DNA of 64,000 bases from Polyangiaceae bacterium (GTDB taxonomy: Bacteria > Myxococcota_A > Polyangia > Polyangiales > Polyangiaceae): contig JAYTHX010000316.1 in assembly GCA_043732195.1 (NCBI GenBank), forward strand, positions 7,575 to 71,574. Reading direction: 5' to 3'. A program made the translations under genes and the position numbers. Below the pieces are notes generated by a model, which was given only the letters and a program-made list of their open reading frames with translations, did not search any database and had not been told where the DNA came from. Positions 63,972 through 64,000 of this stretch are shown in pieces (within the stretch, counting starts at the first letter, position 1; every line of letters begins with the position of its first letter).

Positions 63972-64000
63972 ATGACCGCAGACGTGCAGCAGAACGCAGA
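63972..64000 (+). CDS. possible 5' end of a CDS (MTADVQQNA..), truncated by the window
   Basis: ATG 63972 with GGAG 10 nt upstream (11 nt to the ATG, 10 intervening bases). Only 9 codons are visible. Confidence 0.2.

Overview
This is a gene-dense chromosomal window of about 70% GC. The gene content points to a myxobacterium of the Sorangiineae/Polyangiales type, which is inference only. That content includes three membrane-anchored Ser/Thr kinases, a sigma54 enhancer-binding response regulator, PEGA/TPR-like and DUF1566 lipoproteins, an MglB-like Roadblock protein and a Gsp-type T2SS with gspN. At this GC content most long ORFs in the six-frame track are out-of-frame or antisense artefacts rich in Arg, Ala and Pro. 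I chose frames by recognisable family motifs, third-position GC (GC3), signal peptides and lipoboxes, and start/stop coupling. I support about 58 CDS, one tRNA-Pro(CGG) with its own promoter and terminator, several repeat families and one sigma54-type promoter candidate. In order, the window holds: a response-regulator fragment, a degenerate histidine-kinase-like protein, a degenerate aconitase-family protein, and Roadblock-aroQ-accB-accC. Next come a 1.1-kb repeat-rich region with no gene, an acyl-CoA ligase and a DnaJ/TPR protein. A tolQRAB cluster follows, with non-canonical downstream genes, then a lipoprotein, a rhomboid-like protein, pyrB, murI, hom, STK-1, lon and DUF1015. After these come an STK-2 operon (STK, PEGA/TPR-like, two DUF1566 genes), two divergent paralogous lipoproteins, purD, and a PilZ-like/STK-3/PEGA-like module. 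The largest block is btpA plus a complete 15-kb type II secretion cluster (gspN-M-L-K-J-I-H-G, a GspG-like gene, F-E-D, a small TM ORF, gspC), preceded by a sigma54 activator. The window ends with isochorismatase, bioA, a cupredoxin-like lipoprotein, dienelactone hydrolase, gpsA, TetR, an MFS efflux remnant and tRNA-Pro. Six points deserve follow-up. (1) The T2SS has non-canonical components and a candidate sigma54 promoter directly downstream of an EBP gene. (2) A receptor-STK plus PEGA/TPR-like membrane protein cassette occurs twice within 10 kb, once extended by two DUF1566 genes. (3) An interspersed element built of CTGACAG/CTGTCAG heptamer arrays occurs in three 5' intergenic regions. (4) Three GC3-supported 1-nt frame disruptions lie in otherwise intact genes (gspC 3' end, STK-3 3' end, second paralogous lipoprotein); these are either assembly indels or real decay. 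(5) Several proteins look like pseudo-enzymes (aconitase-like, HK-like, rhomboid-like). (6) Tandem 15-bp repeats sit in a 1.1-kb region without a credible gene. I recognised no CRISPR array, transposase, integrase or prophage genes.
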